Below, piece after piece: positions 8,774-18,881 of a stretch of 64,000 nucleotides of DNA. Location of the stretch: positions 1 to 64,000 of IMG/VR virus record IMGVR_UViG_3300048836_000098; one strand, 5' to 3'. This DNA is from a virus. Position 1 is the stretch's first letter. Each line of letters starts with the position of its first letter. The notes beneath the pieces were generated by a model. The model had not been told where the DNA came from, made no database searches, and saw only the letters and a program-made list of their open reading frames with translations. The position numbers and the translations under genes are program-made.

Positions 8774-10399
8774 ATGCCATACGACGATTTTGAGAGCATG
8801 CTCTACGAAGAAGTTCCTGAAAAGCCTATCCCGCCACAACCGCAGGAGAAGCCCGTAGAGCGATTTAAGAGTGAAGACGCACAAACTGACGCTCGCGACG
8901 AGATTCCGGTTCCAGACGAGCCTCCTGCCGCCAGACGGTACGAACCAATGCAGTTGGAATCTCCAAGACGCATTGAACCCGAAGAAATCCTGACGTTGCC
9001 CCATAGCGGAGACGCTGAACGTTCGGTTCTTGGTTCGATGCTGATTGACACAGACGCTTGCGAACTGGCTTGCATACTACTGTCGGAGGAAGATTTCTAC
9101 GTTCCCGCAAATGCGAAAGTATTCAAAGCGATTAAAGACCTCGTATCGAAAAACAAAGCGGTTGATCTTGTCACGGTAACAGAGGTTCTTGAACATCGCG
9201 GAGAAATTGATTTAGTCGGCGGAATACTCTATCTGACCGATCTTGTTACGTTTGTCCCTACGGCGGCGAACGTCAAGCACTACATCGACATTGTGAAAGG
9301 TCACAGCAATCGACGAAGCGCGATTAAGGCAAGCAATGAAGTTATACGCGATGCAATGGGCGGCGGGACTGAATACGTCAAGATTGCGCAAGCATCCGTT
9401 GAGGAAATCGAATCGAGCCGAATAAATGAAGTCGAGCGAGTTGGAATGAGAGCGATGCAAGCCGCAATCGAAATGGGTGACGCAAAAGCCGCTGACTTCT
9501 CGACTGGATTTCCAGAGGTAGATAAACTGCTCAAGGGTGGGTTCCGTCGCGGCGAGGTCGTAGTCGTTGGAGCAAGACCATCGCAGGGAAAGAGCAGTTT
9601 CGCAATGAACATCACGGATAGCTTTCTAGAAAAGAATCACGTCGTGTACATCCAGACAATGGACGATAGCGAGGTTGCGTTCCTGCAAAGGCTTGAAACC
9701 AAGATGTCACTTGTGAGCGGTTCGGAAATCGAGCGGTTTAAGTCAAGCACTATGGGTCAGTCGTTTTGCCTAGCGTTTATGGCGGCAGCAGAAAACTTAC
9801 AGAATAAGCCGCTCTACATTGACGACTCGCCATCGGTGACAGTCGAGTACATCAAGGCAAAGTGCAAGGCGATTAAGCGAATTGAAGGAACGATTGATCT
9901 GGTGGTCGTGGATTACATCGGTCAGATTGATACGAGTGGAACACAATCGGGCAAGCGCAGAGCGGGATCAAGAGCAGAAGAAGTCGCGCAAGTCAGTAGC
10001 AAGCTAAAGATTCTAGCGAAAGAACTGGATTGCGTCGTGATGGTAATCGTGCAGTTCAATCGGTCAATCGACAGCAGACAGGATAAGCGACCGAACATGT
10101 CCGATCTCAAAGAGTCTGGTGGAATCGAAGCGGACGCGAATATTATCATTTGTCCGAGTCTGCCGTACAAGGACGATCCGAGCCGCGATCCATCGGAAAC
10201 TGTGTTCTACGTCTTGAAGTCAAAGGGAAGTCAAACAGGGAGCATCGAAACAATCAAGTGGGACGGAGAACACTATCTGTTTTACGAGGGCGAGCATCCT
10301 AGAAACGCAAGGTTCAAGCGGAACAAGCCAAGCGAGAACGGTTTTATAGATGTGCCGACAGAAGAAATACCGGAAGAATTTACAGAAGAGAAGGAGTGA
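8774..10399 (+). CDS. dnaB: Replicative DNA helicase
   Basis: LPHSxDAERSVLGS N-domain; Walker A GARPSQGKS; VVVDYIG; RPNMSDLKESGGIEADA. Confidence 0.95.
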   Translation: MPYDDFESMLYEEVPEKPIPPQPQEKPVERFKSEDAQTDARDEIPVPDEPPAARRYEPMQLESPRRIEPEEILTLPHSGDAERSVLGSMLIDTDACELACILLSEEDFYVPANAKVFKAIKDLVSKNKAVDLVTVTEVLEHRGEIDLVGGILYLTDLVTFVPTAANVKHYIDIVKGHSNRRSAIKASNEVIRDAMGGGTEYVKIAQASVEEIESSRINEVERVGMRAMQAAIEMGDAKAADFSTGFPEVDKLLKGGFRRGEVVVVGARPSQGKSSFAMNITDSFLEKNHVVYIQTMDDSEVAFLQRLETKMSLVSGSEIERFKSSTMGQSFCLAFMAAAENLQNKPLYIDDSPSVTVEYIKAKCKAIKRIEGTIDLVVVDYIGQIDTSGTQSGKRRAGSRAEEVAQVSSKLKILAKELDCVVMVIVQFNRSIDSRQDKRPNMSDLKESGGIEADANIIICPSLPYKDDPSRDPSETVFYVLKSKGSQTGSIETIKWDGEHYLFYEGEHPRNARFKRNKPSENGFIDVPTEEIPEEFTEEKE

Positions 10400-10576
10400 T
10401 TTTTATGCGAATCGTGGTTTACTACAGCAACGGAAACAACGAAGAATTTTACGGAGATTTGTCAATTTCGAAGGAATCGATCTTGTGCATTACGCCACAG
10501 TGCGGAAGGGGATCACCGACATTCGTTCCACTAACTAGCATACTGAAATATACTATTGACAGGTAGGAGGAAAGAA

Positions 10577-11044
10577 ATGGAATTTCAGTTTAGGGGTTTT
10601 TGCGAGAGCAGGTTCGGAACGGAAACGATTTGCGTAGACGGAAAGAATATTGTCGGAGACTGGTTCTACGGTTACTATCAGGGCAACAACACAATAGTCG
10701 GATGCGTGGATGTTTTTACAAATAAGATGGCTAAAAGAAAAGTTGTTCCGCAGACCGTTGGAATGTCATTCGAGCAAACGGACAAGAACGGTGGATTAAT
10801 CCACGTCGGTGACATCATCGAACTGGTAACCGAGGACGGCGAGAAGATCACAATCGAGTGCAAATTCGGCACTGTTCAACGCCAAATCTACGAGAATCTT
10901 GTGGAGATCACGGGGTTCTACTTTGAGCGGTCAAACGACGGACGCAAGACGTTTCCAATCGTAAATAACTACCTCGGCAAGCACGACACAGAGATTTGGG
11001 AAGTCATCGGCACGATCTTCGACGTGAAGGAGGAAGAGAAGTGA
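10577..11044 (+). CDS. YopX-family protein
   Basis: FRG..W.YG; QTVGM..TDKNG..I..GDI; EVIGTIFD. Confidence 0.8.
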   Translation: MEFQFRGFCESRFGTETICVDGKNIVGDWFYGYYQGNNTIVGCVDVFTNKMAKRKVVPQTVGMSFEQTDKNGGLIHVGDIIELVTEDGEKITIECKFGTVQRQIYENLVEITGFYFERSNDGRKTFPIVNNYLGKHDTEIWEVIGTIFDVKEEEK

Positions 11045-11211
11045 TTGAACAACGCGGAGAATGGAAGTACGCATTGATCTGCGACGAGTGCGGTCACGAG
11101 GTTAAGTACTTCAATACATTTGACGAAGCCGTTGAGTACAAAAAAGAAAACGGTTGGAAAAGCAAGAAGGTTGACGGCGAGTGGGTGAATGTTTGCCCCG
11201 ATTGTCAGTGA
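11041..11211 (+). CDS. Small Zn-ribbon protein (paralog of 18699-18881)
   Basis: LICDEC...AVEYKKENGWK...CPDC. Confidence 0.65.
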   Translation: MIEQRGEWKYALICDECGHEVKYFNTFDEAVEYKKENGWKSKKVDGEWVNVCPDCQ

Positions 11212-11600
11212 GGAAGCAAATGACTAACCTAGAATCCCTACTAGAAGAATTTGCCAACACGCGAATCAAGTCTGCGTTCTACAAATATCCTAAAAGGATG
11301 ATTTTTATCGGTGATTTTGAAGGAGAAGTGCTGACGCGAAAAGAAGCAATAGAAAAGGAAATTAACTGGTTGAAGGAGCAAAGGAAAGCATGAGAGAGAA
11401 CCTATTCGAGCACATCGAAAGAACGAGCAACGCACCTTACATGGACTTCATACACTCAACGCCCGAACAGCTTGCTGAAAAACTCCTGAAAGCATCATGC
11501 TCATACTGCGTCTACGGTCAAAATGGTTGCCTAGACTGCGAAAACAAGAGCGGAGCGCTTTGCAAGGACGGCATTTTATCCTATTTGCTCGGAAAGACTC

Positions 11601-11629
11601 TTGACTAGACTGGTATTGTGTGGTATAAT
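11601..11629 (+). promoter_or_regulatory. sigma-A promoter of the recombinase
   Basis: TTGACT-17-TATAAT with TGTGG extended -10. Confidence 0.8.
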
Positions 11630-11693
11630 CTGCACATAACATTTAGAGAGAAAAAGAAGTCTTGGTATATTTTGAGCAGAAGGAGATTCGCGT

Positions 11694-12626
11694 ATGCTAA
11701 AAGATGAAATCCTGTCGCAGTTAGACCGATTCGCGTCATATCTTGCAGAGGTTGAGGGTAAGCCTTTGACCACTATTAACGCATATGTCGGTGACATTCG
11801 GCAGCTTGCGACTATGTTTTCTGAAATGCCGGAAATCGCGGAGAAGTCAGTGACAGCCATCCGAAAGCCAGACGCGAACGCATACGCGAAGAAAATGGCA
11901 GACAGCGGAATGAAAGCATCTACTCGCGCAAGGAAAGTCAAAGCGGCTCGGTGCTTCTTCCGTTGGCTCTGCGAAGATGCAGAAGTCGTTTCGGAGTCCG
12001 TATCAAATGCGTTCAAGTCACTGAAATCGCCAAAGATTCCGCAGACACAGCCGTCGATCATAACGAAAGACGAGCGAGACGATTTGCTATCCGTGGTCAG
12101 AACTGGTGTATCAATGAATGAAAAGGCGCATTTGCGCGACGTTGCGATCATGTATCTATTTCTCGGTTCTGGAATCCGCCGTGACGAGTTGTGCAATATC
12201 GAGATGAAAGACGTTGACTTAAAAGAGCGTTGCGTGCTGATTCACGGAAAAGGCAACAAAGAACGCTACTGCTACTTTTCGGAGGGTGTTGCGGGAATCC
12301 TATCCGAGTACATCGGTCATCATCGGAAATCGCTTAAATGCCACGCAGAAAGCACCATGCTATTCTTGTCGCAACAGTCCGAACGAATCAGCTTGAGAGC
12401 AATCAACAACATCGTGGACAAATACCTAGAAGCATCGAACCTAAAAGAACACGGAAGATCGGCTCACGGATTGAGAAAGTCTTTCGCAACAACGCTGTAC
12501 GAGAACACGCGGGATATTTACGTAGTAGCCGCACAACTTGGTCACAGCGGGTTGGGACAGATCAAACGATACGTAGGCGTAGGAAATGACGTAAGGCAGG
12601 CCGCCTGTGCGACGGTAGAATTGTGA
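11694..12626 (+). CDS. XerC/D-like tyrosine recombinase
   Basis: SGIRRDEL (R), GKGNKER (K), HGLRKSFAT (HxxR), LGHS, RY; SAM-like N-domain with no arm-binding extension. Confidence 0.92.
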   Translation: MLKDEILSQLDRFASYLAEVEGKPLTTINAYVGDIRQLATMFSEMPEIAEKSVTAIRKPDANAYAKKMADSGMKASTRARKVKAARCFFRWLCEDAEVVSESVSNAFKSLKSPKIPQTQPSIITKDERDDLLSVVRTGVSMNEKAHLRDVAIMYLFLGSGIRRDELCNIEMKDVDLKERCVLIHGKGNKERYCYFSEGVAGILSEYIGHHRKSLKCHAESTMLFLSQQSERISLRAINNIVDKYLEASNLKEHGRSAHGLRKSFATTLYENTRDIYVVAAQLGHSGLGQIKRYVGVGNDVRQAACATVEL

Positions 12627-12825
12627 GAATGGAATATTTATGACGAACTACGAACGGATTCAGATTGACAAGGCGTTTTGCGCATCGGTGCTTTTTAGAG
12701 CGGAAGAGGGAGCGTATGAGTTGTGGATTGCCGGAGAGTGGCGGGAAAGCCGAGGGTGCAACATGGAGTATGGGTTTGCTAAGGCGAAAGGGATTCCGGT
12801 TGAGTTTGTTGGCGGAGGTGATTGA

Positions 12826-13482
12826 ATGGCAAAACAGATAGCGTACAACATGGACTGCATGGAAGCCATGCGGGAGATGCCGGATAAAGCATTCGAGCTG
12901 GCGATTGTTGACCCGCCGTATGGGATAGAGCGATTTAAGCGCGGTGGCAGCGTGGTTAACCGGTACGGTGACGAAAATCGACAATGGAACAACATAAAGC
13001 CCGCCTCTGAATACTTTGAAGAACTTTTTCGGGTAAGCAAAAGCCAAATAATTTGGGGAGCAAACAACTTTAGCTTGCCGCCTTCTGAATACTTCATAAT
13101 TTGGGACAAGGTTAATCCGTTTGAATTTAGCTTTGCGATGTGTGAACAGGCGTGGACGAACATCAAAAAGCCTGCAAAGATTTTTACATATAATTCGCGG
13201 AGCGAAAGCGCAAGCCGTATTCATCCAACACAAAAACCCGTCAAGCTCTATGAGTGGCTTTTAACCAACTACGCCAAACAAGGCGACAAGATACTCGACA
13301 CGCATTTAGGTTCAGGCTCGTCACGCATAGCCGCATATAACCTCGGTTTTGACTTTGTGGGGTACGAGATAGATACAGACTATTTCAATGCACAGGAAGA
13401 GCGATTCCAGAAGCACACGGCGCAGATACGGTTGTTTGACCTTGCGCCAAAGCAAGAGATAGAACAACTAAAAATAATCTAA
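12826..13482 (+). CDS. DNA N6-adenine/N4-cytosine methyltransferase (beta class)
   Basis: VDPPY; HPTQKPV; LDTHLGSGS. Confidence 0.92.
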   Translation: MAKQIAYNMDCMEAMREMPDKAFELAIVDPPYGIERFKRGGSVVNRYGDENRQWNNIKPASEYFEELFRVSKSQIIWGANNFSLPPSEYFIIWDKVNPFEFSFAMCEQAWTNIKKPAKIFTYNSRSESASRIHPTQKPVKLYEWLLTNYAKQGDKILDTHLGSGSSRIAAYNLGFDFVGYEIDTDYFNAQEERFQKHTAQIRLFDLAPKQEIEQLKII

Positions 13483-13541
13483 AAGTCATAGGCAGCGCTT
13501 TAATTGCCGGCAGCCATTCTGACGAGAAAGGACTATGACGA

Positions 13542-14306
13542 ATGATTGAGCTAAACAGGATTTACAATGAGGATTGCTTAGAGGGGATGAAGCAAATACC
13601 GGATAAAAGTGTGGATATGATATTGTGTGATTTGCCATATGGAACAACGGCTTGTAAGTGGGATAGCGTGATACCGTTTGAGCCGTTGTGGGAACAGTAC
13701 AATAGGATTATCAAAGACAATGGGGCTATAGTTTTATTTGCAAGACAACCTTTTATGAGTGACTTAGTGTGTAGCAATAAAAAGCTTTTTAGATATGAAA
13801 TAATATGGGATAAAAAAACAAGTACAGATTTTGCTCAAGCTAATAATAAACCAATTACAGTACATGAGAATATTGCAGTTTTCTATAAAAAGAAACCAAA
13901 CTACCATAGAATAGACGATGAAGGATTTAAACCATACACAGACAAAAGAACTGTCAGACAAAGTAGTGAACTAGGAGCAAAAGGATGTGTAGTAAGAAAA
14001 CCTTTTGAGAACAAAACGACAAGAACACCTACGACAATCAGACAGCATTTTACTGATAATCGCAAAGGAAAGGGTAGTAGCTTGCATCCTACACAGAAGC
14101 CAGTAAGTTTGTGTGAATGGTTAATAAAAGCATATTCAGATGAAAACGATATAGTACTTGACAACTGCATGGGTTCCGGCACCACCGCAATCGCCTGTAT
14201 CAACACAGGGCGCAACTTCATAGGCTTTGAGTTGGACAAGCAGTACTGCGACATAGCCAACGAGCGCATACGGAAAGCCCTTGCCGAAAAGGAGGTGGGC
14301 GAGTGA
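13542..14306 (+). CDS. DNA N6/N4 methyltransferase (beta class)
   Basis: CDLPYG; HPTQKPV; LDNCMGSGTT. Confidence 0.92.
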   Translation: MIELNRIYNEDCLEGMKQIPDKSVDMILCDLPYGTTACKWDSVIPFEPLWEQYNRIIKDNGAIVLFARQPFMSDLVCSNKKLFRYEIIWDKKTSTDFAQANNKPITVHENIAVFYKKKPNYHRIDDEGFKPYTDKRTVRQSSELGAKGCVVRKPFENKTTRTPTTIRQHFTDNRKGKGSSLHPTQKPVSLCEWLIKAYSDENDIVLDNCMGSGTTAIACINTGRNFIGFELDKQYCDIANERIRKALAEKEVGE

Positions 14307-14697
14307 ACCACTTACTAAACATATGCAACATTAACGGCGCGGAGGTTGAGCCGGTCGGTGTGGTTACAAGGTATCATTTTAAGGAGGTACATAATGGCAA
14401 ATGAAATTCTCTACCAGTGCAGCAATTGCGGCAAGACCGAACGGACCCGCGCTATATTGGGCGTTCCAGACGGTATGTTCTACGCCGGTTATCGCGCTCA
14501 CGGAGATGTGCTATATTGCCCTGATTGCGTCAAAACGTGGAAAGAGCGAAACGGCGCGGAATATGACGAGCAATATAAAAACCCGCCTCACCTGTTCGCT
14601 ATGTGGTGGAATCAGCTTGTGGAGCGGCAAACGGAAGATAAGAGCAAGATAAAAAAGTATAAGACCGCTGCCAATGGTGATTACGTGGAGGCCGACC

Positions 14698-14886
14698 ATG
14701 CAGAATGAACTGAAACCGTGTCCGTTTTGCGGCGGTAAAGTAAAGCGCATAATCGGGTACAAAGGGTTGAATTTTTTCAAGTGCATCAAGTGTGGTGCCG
14801 TTATGAGTTTCGACAACGACTACTATAACACTCATAAAAACGAAGCGATTGAAGCTTATAACAGGAGGGTTTGTAATGCAGAATGA
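14698..14886 (+). CDS. Lar-like (restriction alleviation) Zn protein
   Basis: LKPCPFCGG...CIKCGA...AIEAYNRR. Confidence 0.75.
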   Translation: MQNELKPCPFCGGKVKRIIGYKGLNFFKCIKCGAVMSFDNDYYNTHKNEAIEAYNRRVCNAE

Positions 14887-15460
14887 ACTGACCGCCGAGC
14901 GGATTGAACTGGCTATAAAAGAAATAGCAGACGTAGGGATGTACGGGAGCCAAGTGCATCAAGAAACGATGGAAACCGCACTTGCCGCCCTCCGCACAGA
15001 GCAGGAACGGCAGTGGATAAGCGTTAAGGACAGGTTGCCGGATATGTGTGGATGCAAATGCCTTGTTGTTGGCGCGAACAGATTTGGGCAGGTAGATGTA
15101 TTTACGGCGTTTACTGGGTATATGGAGCGTGGAAAGTTGGAGTTTCATTCATGCGAGCCTACGCACGAAATTCCTGTTTGGACAGTTACACACTGGATGC
15201 CATTACCTGCACCGCCTGCTCCCGCCGCCGACGTTTCGGAGGTGGTGCATGGGGAGTGGTTGTATTTTGTTGGCGATTATGTGACCGCCGAGTGCAGTGT
15301 GTGCGGTGAATGCTACGACCCTTTAGACTACAACGATAAAGAGCATTTTGACATGTTCAAACAGCTATACAAATATTGCCCGAACTGCGGCGCGAAGATG
15401 GACGGCGATCATATCGGTGATGCCACCAAAATGATGGACGGCGAAAAGGAGGGCGTATGA
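14876..15460 (+). CDS. DUF551 plus Zn-ribbon composite protein
   Basis: WISVKDRLP...VTHWMPLPAPP; ADV..VVHGEW..CSVCG..YCPNCGAKMD. Confidence 0.75.
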   Translation: MQNELTAERIELAIKEIADVGMYGSQVHQETMETALAALRTEQERQWISVKDRLPDMCGCKCLVVGANRFGQVDVFTAFTGYMERGKLEFHSCEPTHEIPVWTVTHWMPLPAPPAPAADVSEVVHGEWLYFVGDYVTAECSVCGECYDPLDYNDKEHFDMFKQLYKYCPNCGAKMDGDHIGDATKMMDGEKEGV

Positions 15461-15726
15461 AAAGCATTCTAAAGCCATGCCCGTTTTGCGGGAGTTTGGA
15501 AATAGCAATCGGAAGCGACGAGGGAACTGTAACCAGACATAACACGGCGTTTGGTGATTTGACAAGAACCGTCCCATCCGCGAGATGGGCATATTGCTGC
15601 ACGTGTGGATGTTCGGCACCGAGCGTGAAGGTTAAAAATTATAAAGGATGGTACGACGAGAAAGAGCAGACGGACGCATTTGAAAGAGCGATTGATGCGT
15701 GGAACGGGAGGGAACCACATGAGTGA
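15457..15726 (+). CDS. Second Lar-like Zn protein
   Basis: LKPCPFCG...CCTCG...AIDAWNGR. Confidence 0.7.
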   Translation: MKSILKPCPFCGSLEIAIGSDEGTVTRHNTAFGDLTRTVPSARWAYCCTCGCSAPSVKVKNYKGWYDEKEQTDAFERAIDAWNGREPHE

Positions 15727-16083
15727 GCCGACCACGGGCGAGATCGTGCGGGCGTTGCGGGTTTGCGAAGTTGGGCGTTGTATCGATTGCAACCTTGACG
15801 AAAAGTACCCGTGCGAAAACCTCAAAACTTGTGCCGCCGACCACCTCGAAAGCCAAGAGCAGACCATCGCCGCTCTGACCGCCCGCGCAGAGCAAGCCGA
15901 GGCGAGAGAAAAGGCGATCATTGAGAGCTTGAGAGACAGATGCGAATTTTGCATTGGATACGAGCTGGAAGAAAGCGATGATCCGTGCAACACCTGTTAC
16001 AACGCGAGGACTTTTGAGCCTGATGATATCCCGCGAACAAAGAACTGGACGTATCGCGGACAGCCGCAGGACGGAGAGGGGAA

Positions 16084-16701
16084 ATGAAAATACTCGTAGC
16101 GTGTGAAGAATCACAAGCAGTCACAATCGAATTGCGACGTTTAGGTCACGAAGCGTATTCGTGCGACATTGAGCCGTGTTCTGGTGGTCATCCCGAATGG
16201 CATCTGCAACAGGACGTTCTGCCGCTCTTGCGTGAAAAATGGGATATGATTATTGCTTTTCCACCGTGTACGTATTTGAGCAACGCTGGAGCAAAGCATC
16301 TTTTTCGCGGTGGTGTACTTAACCACGATAGATACGAAAAAGGTATTGAAGCAAAAGAGTTTTTTCTCAAACTATTAAACGCGAACTGCGAACGGATAGC
16401 GATTGAAAATCCGATAGCAAGTAAGATTTTCGAAATGCCGAAAGAATCGCAGACCGTCCAGCCGTATTGGTTCGGTGATCCGTGGAGCAAGAAAACAAGG
16501 CTGTGGTTGCGTGGGTTGCCGTTATTGAAACCAACAAACATGGTTGAGCCGCAAAGCGAATGCCACTCTGCTGGAACGTGGTTTATGAGAGGTGGAAAAG
16601 AACGACAGAAGAACAGGGCAAAAACTCCGCACGGATTAGCGGTTGCAATGGCAGAACAGTGGGCGGGACGAAACACAGAGCAGGACGGAGGCGCAGAATA
16701 A
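16084..16701 (+). CDS. Minimal C5-cytosine methyltransferase-like protein
   Basis: KILVACEES; AYSCDI; catalytic-type FPPCTY; IENP; QPYWFG..KKTRLW. Confidence 0.7.
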   Translation: MKILVACEESQAVTIELRRLGHEAYSCDIEPCSGGHPEWHLQQDVLPLLREKWDMIIAFPPCTYLSNAGAKHLFRGGVLNHDRYEKGIEAKEFFLKLLNANCERIAIENPIASKIFEMPKESQTVQPYWFGDPWSKKTRLWLRGLPLLKPTNMVEPQSECHSAGTWFMRGGKERQKNRAKTPHGLAVAMAEQWAGRNTEQDGGAE

Positions 16702-16874
16702 TGGGCAAGCAAACAACGATCACTTGCGATAAGTGCGGGAAGAATCTAGCAGGAGAAACGTATACGGTGATCTCAATATCAACCGTAAAGGACGGAAAGA
16801 TCGTGAAGCAGCCATCCGTCTGGTTATGCACCAGATGCTGGCTAAAAACAGGATTGATAGGAGGCGCGGAATGA
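16701..16874 (+). CDS. Small Zn-finger protein (copy 1)
   Basis: MGKQTTITCDKCGKNL...WLCTRCW. Confidence 0.65.
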   Translation: MGKQTTITCDKCGKNLAGETYTVISISTVKDGKIVKQPSVWLCTRCWLKTGLIGGAE

Positions 16875-17249
16875 GCGACAAAAAACGGCGCGATATAACG
16901 CTGGGCGAGATGCAGGATGAGTGCAGTTTTCGCGGACATAATTGCGAAACGATTGGCGGCGATAAGTGCAAGTTTTTTGAGTTGTGCGCAACCATGCAAA
17001 CGATAGACAAGGGCTGTCTAACACCGATCATGTGGAACCTCACCGATCCACCGCGATTCAACGATGCGCAGATGGCGTTCCTTAAAGGGTGCTACGAAAT
17101 AGGAATCGTTGGAATAATGAGAAGCGGAGACGGATCGAGAACGCATTTTTTTACAAAATTCGAAACTATCGGATGGCTAAAGAATTCGGAAATTCCGTTG
17201 AAAATCGGCGAAACGCTCGACCTCGCGGAGCTGCTTGGAAAGGAAGCCA

Positions 17250-18356
17250 ATGCAAAATAACAAAACAAAACCTCGCGTAATTGCGCTTGGAATCTGCAAG
17301 AACGAAGAAAAGAATCTGATTCGTTGGTTTTTTAACGTAAAGGAAATTGCTGACGATGTTTATCTGCTCGACACAGGATCGACGGATAGCACGTTCTGGG
17401 CGGCAACAAAGCTAGGAGCGCACGTTTATAACTACAAGCCGGAATCAAAAGACGAAGTGTTCTCATTTGCAAGAGCAAGAAATCAAGCGTTGAAACTAAT
17501 CCCGCATAACGCCGACTGGGTGATTTTTACGGACATTGACGAAGTTTTCGCGGAGGAAAGCATTAAAGTAATCAAGGCGATCACGCGAAGCCAGAAGGTC
17601 ATTGACGAGCGACCCGATCTCGACGGTTTGATGTGTGAGCTTCGGAATATCAGCGACAGCGGAGAAACGATCCTTGTGTCTCGAAACTGCAATCCGAGAA
17701 TCCTTAGATGGCGCGGAGAAGGTACGTTTTCATTCGTTGGCGACTTGCATGAGCAGATTGTCATCGCGGGGAAAGATAAGCAGAATTTGATGATTACCGA
17801 TCCAGTGGTCATTTTGAATCACGACGGTTACTCGAAGTCTGCGCTTGCTGACGGAACAAAAGGAAAGCGGAATGCGGAAATCGCGCTGAAATTGCTTGAA
17901 AAGAACCCGAACGATTTGCGAATTGCAGAGCACTATGCCGAGGCGCTTTATATGTCGGGAGATATTCAGAACGCGATTGAAACAAGAGAGTCGCGTTTGA
18001 ACGAGATTCTTGCAAGCCCCGATAAGGAATTAAGCGTTCGGATGCTTCGTTCTTTAATTCAGGCACAACAGGTCAACGGCGAGAACAACGATAAGTATCT
18101 TGGCTACTATCTGCTTGCAAAGGCAAAATATCCAGAAGTGCCTGATTGGGATTATCTGCTTGGTCTTTGGGCGAACAATCGGAGTTTCTACATGACCGCG
18201 CAAGTGTGTATGCAATCGGCATTGAGCCTGTTACCCGCATACGAACACGCAGACGGATATGTCGGGGAAACGATGGTATCGAGAAAGACGGCAGAAGAAG
18301 TGCTTGCGTTCTGGGCGGACTATGCGGTTAAAGAAAGGGAGAAAAATAATGGATGA
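17250..18356 (+). CDS. GT2 glycosyltransferase with helical/TPR-like C-terminus (copy 1)
   Basis: ICKNEE; LLDTGSTDST; FSFARARN; DIDE; FVGDLHEQ; LNHDGY. Confidence 0.9.
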   Translation: MQNNKTKPRVIALGICKNEEKNLIRWFFNVKEIADDVYLLDTGSTDSTFWAATKLGAHVYNYKPESKDEVFSFARARNQALKLIPHNADWVIFTDIDEVFAEESIKVIKAITRSQKVIDERPDLDGLMCELRNISDSGETILVSRNCNPRILRWRGEGTFSFVGDLHEQIVIAGKDKQNLMITDPVVILNHDGYSKSALADGTKGKRNAEIALKLLEKNPNDLRIAEHYAEALYMSGDIQNAIETRESRLNEILASPDKELSVRMLRSLIQAQQVNGENNDKYLGYYLLAKAKYPEVPDWDYLLGLWANNRSFYMTAQVCMQSALSLLPAYEHADGYVGETMVSRKTAEEVLAFWADYAVKEREKNNG

Positions 18357-18517
18357 ACTTAAATTGTCTTTTGAAGAAATGATCTCGCGGCTTGATACGG
18401 CTTGCGGGATGCTGATTGTCGCTTCGATTGGAAATCGAGAAGTGAGAGAAGCAAAAGAACTTGTTATGTCGGTGTCCTTATCGCTTGGCGAGTGGGGACA
18501 GGATTTGGAGCAGTAAA

Positions 18518-18712
18518 ATGGGTAAGCAGACAATCATAACGTGCGACAAATGCGGGAAGAACCTGTTCGGCGGAAACTATACCGTAATATCGGTATCGTC
18601 CGTTGCTAATGGTAAGATTGTAAAGCAACCTTCGTTCTGGCTGTGCCAGATGTGCTGGATGAAAACTGGACTAATCGGAACGTGTTCGGAGGGAAATAAT
18701 GGCGATAATTGA
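18518..18712 (+). CDS. Small Zn-finger protein (copy 2)
   Basis: MGKQTIITCDKCGKNL...WLCQMCW, closely similar to 16701-16874. Confidence 0.65.
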   Translation: MGKQTIITCDKCGKNLFGGNYTVISVSSVANGKIVKQPSFWLCQMCWMKTGLIGTCSEGNNGDN

Positions 18713-18881
18713 GAATAGCGGCGACGACTTCACGTTGATTTGCGACGAGTGCGAACGGAAAGTAAAGGGATTTGACGCATTCATGGATGCCGTAGATTAC
18801 AAGAAGGAGAACGGTTGGAAGTGCAAGAACGAGAGCGGAGAGTGGATTGACCGTTGTCCGAACTGCGCGGAGTGTCACTAA
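18699..18881 (+). CDS. Small Zn-ribbon protein (paralog of 11041-11211)
   Basis: LICDEC...AVDYKKENGWK...CPNC. Confidence 0.65.
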   Translation: MAIIENSGDDFTLICDECERKVKGFDAFMDAVDYKKENGWKCKNESGEWIDRCPNCAECH

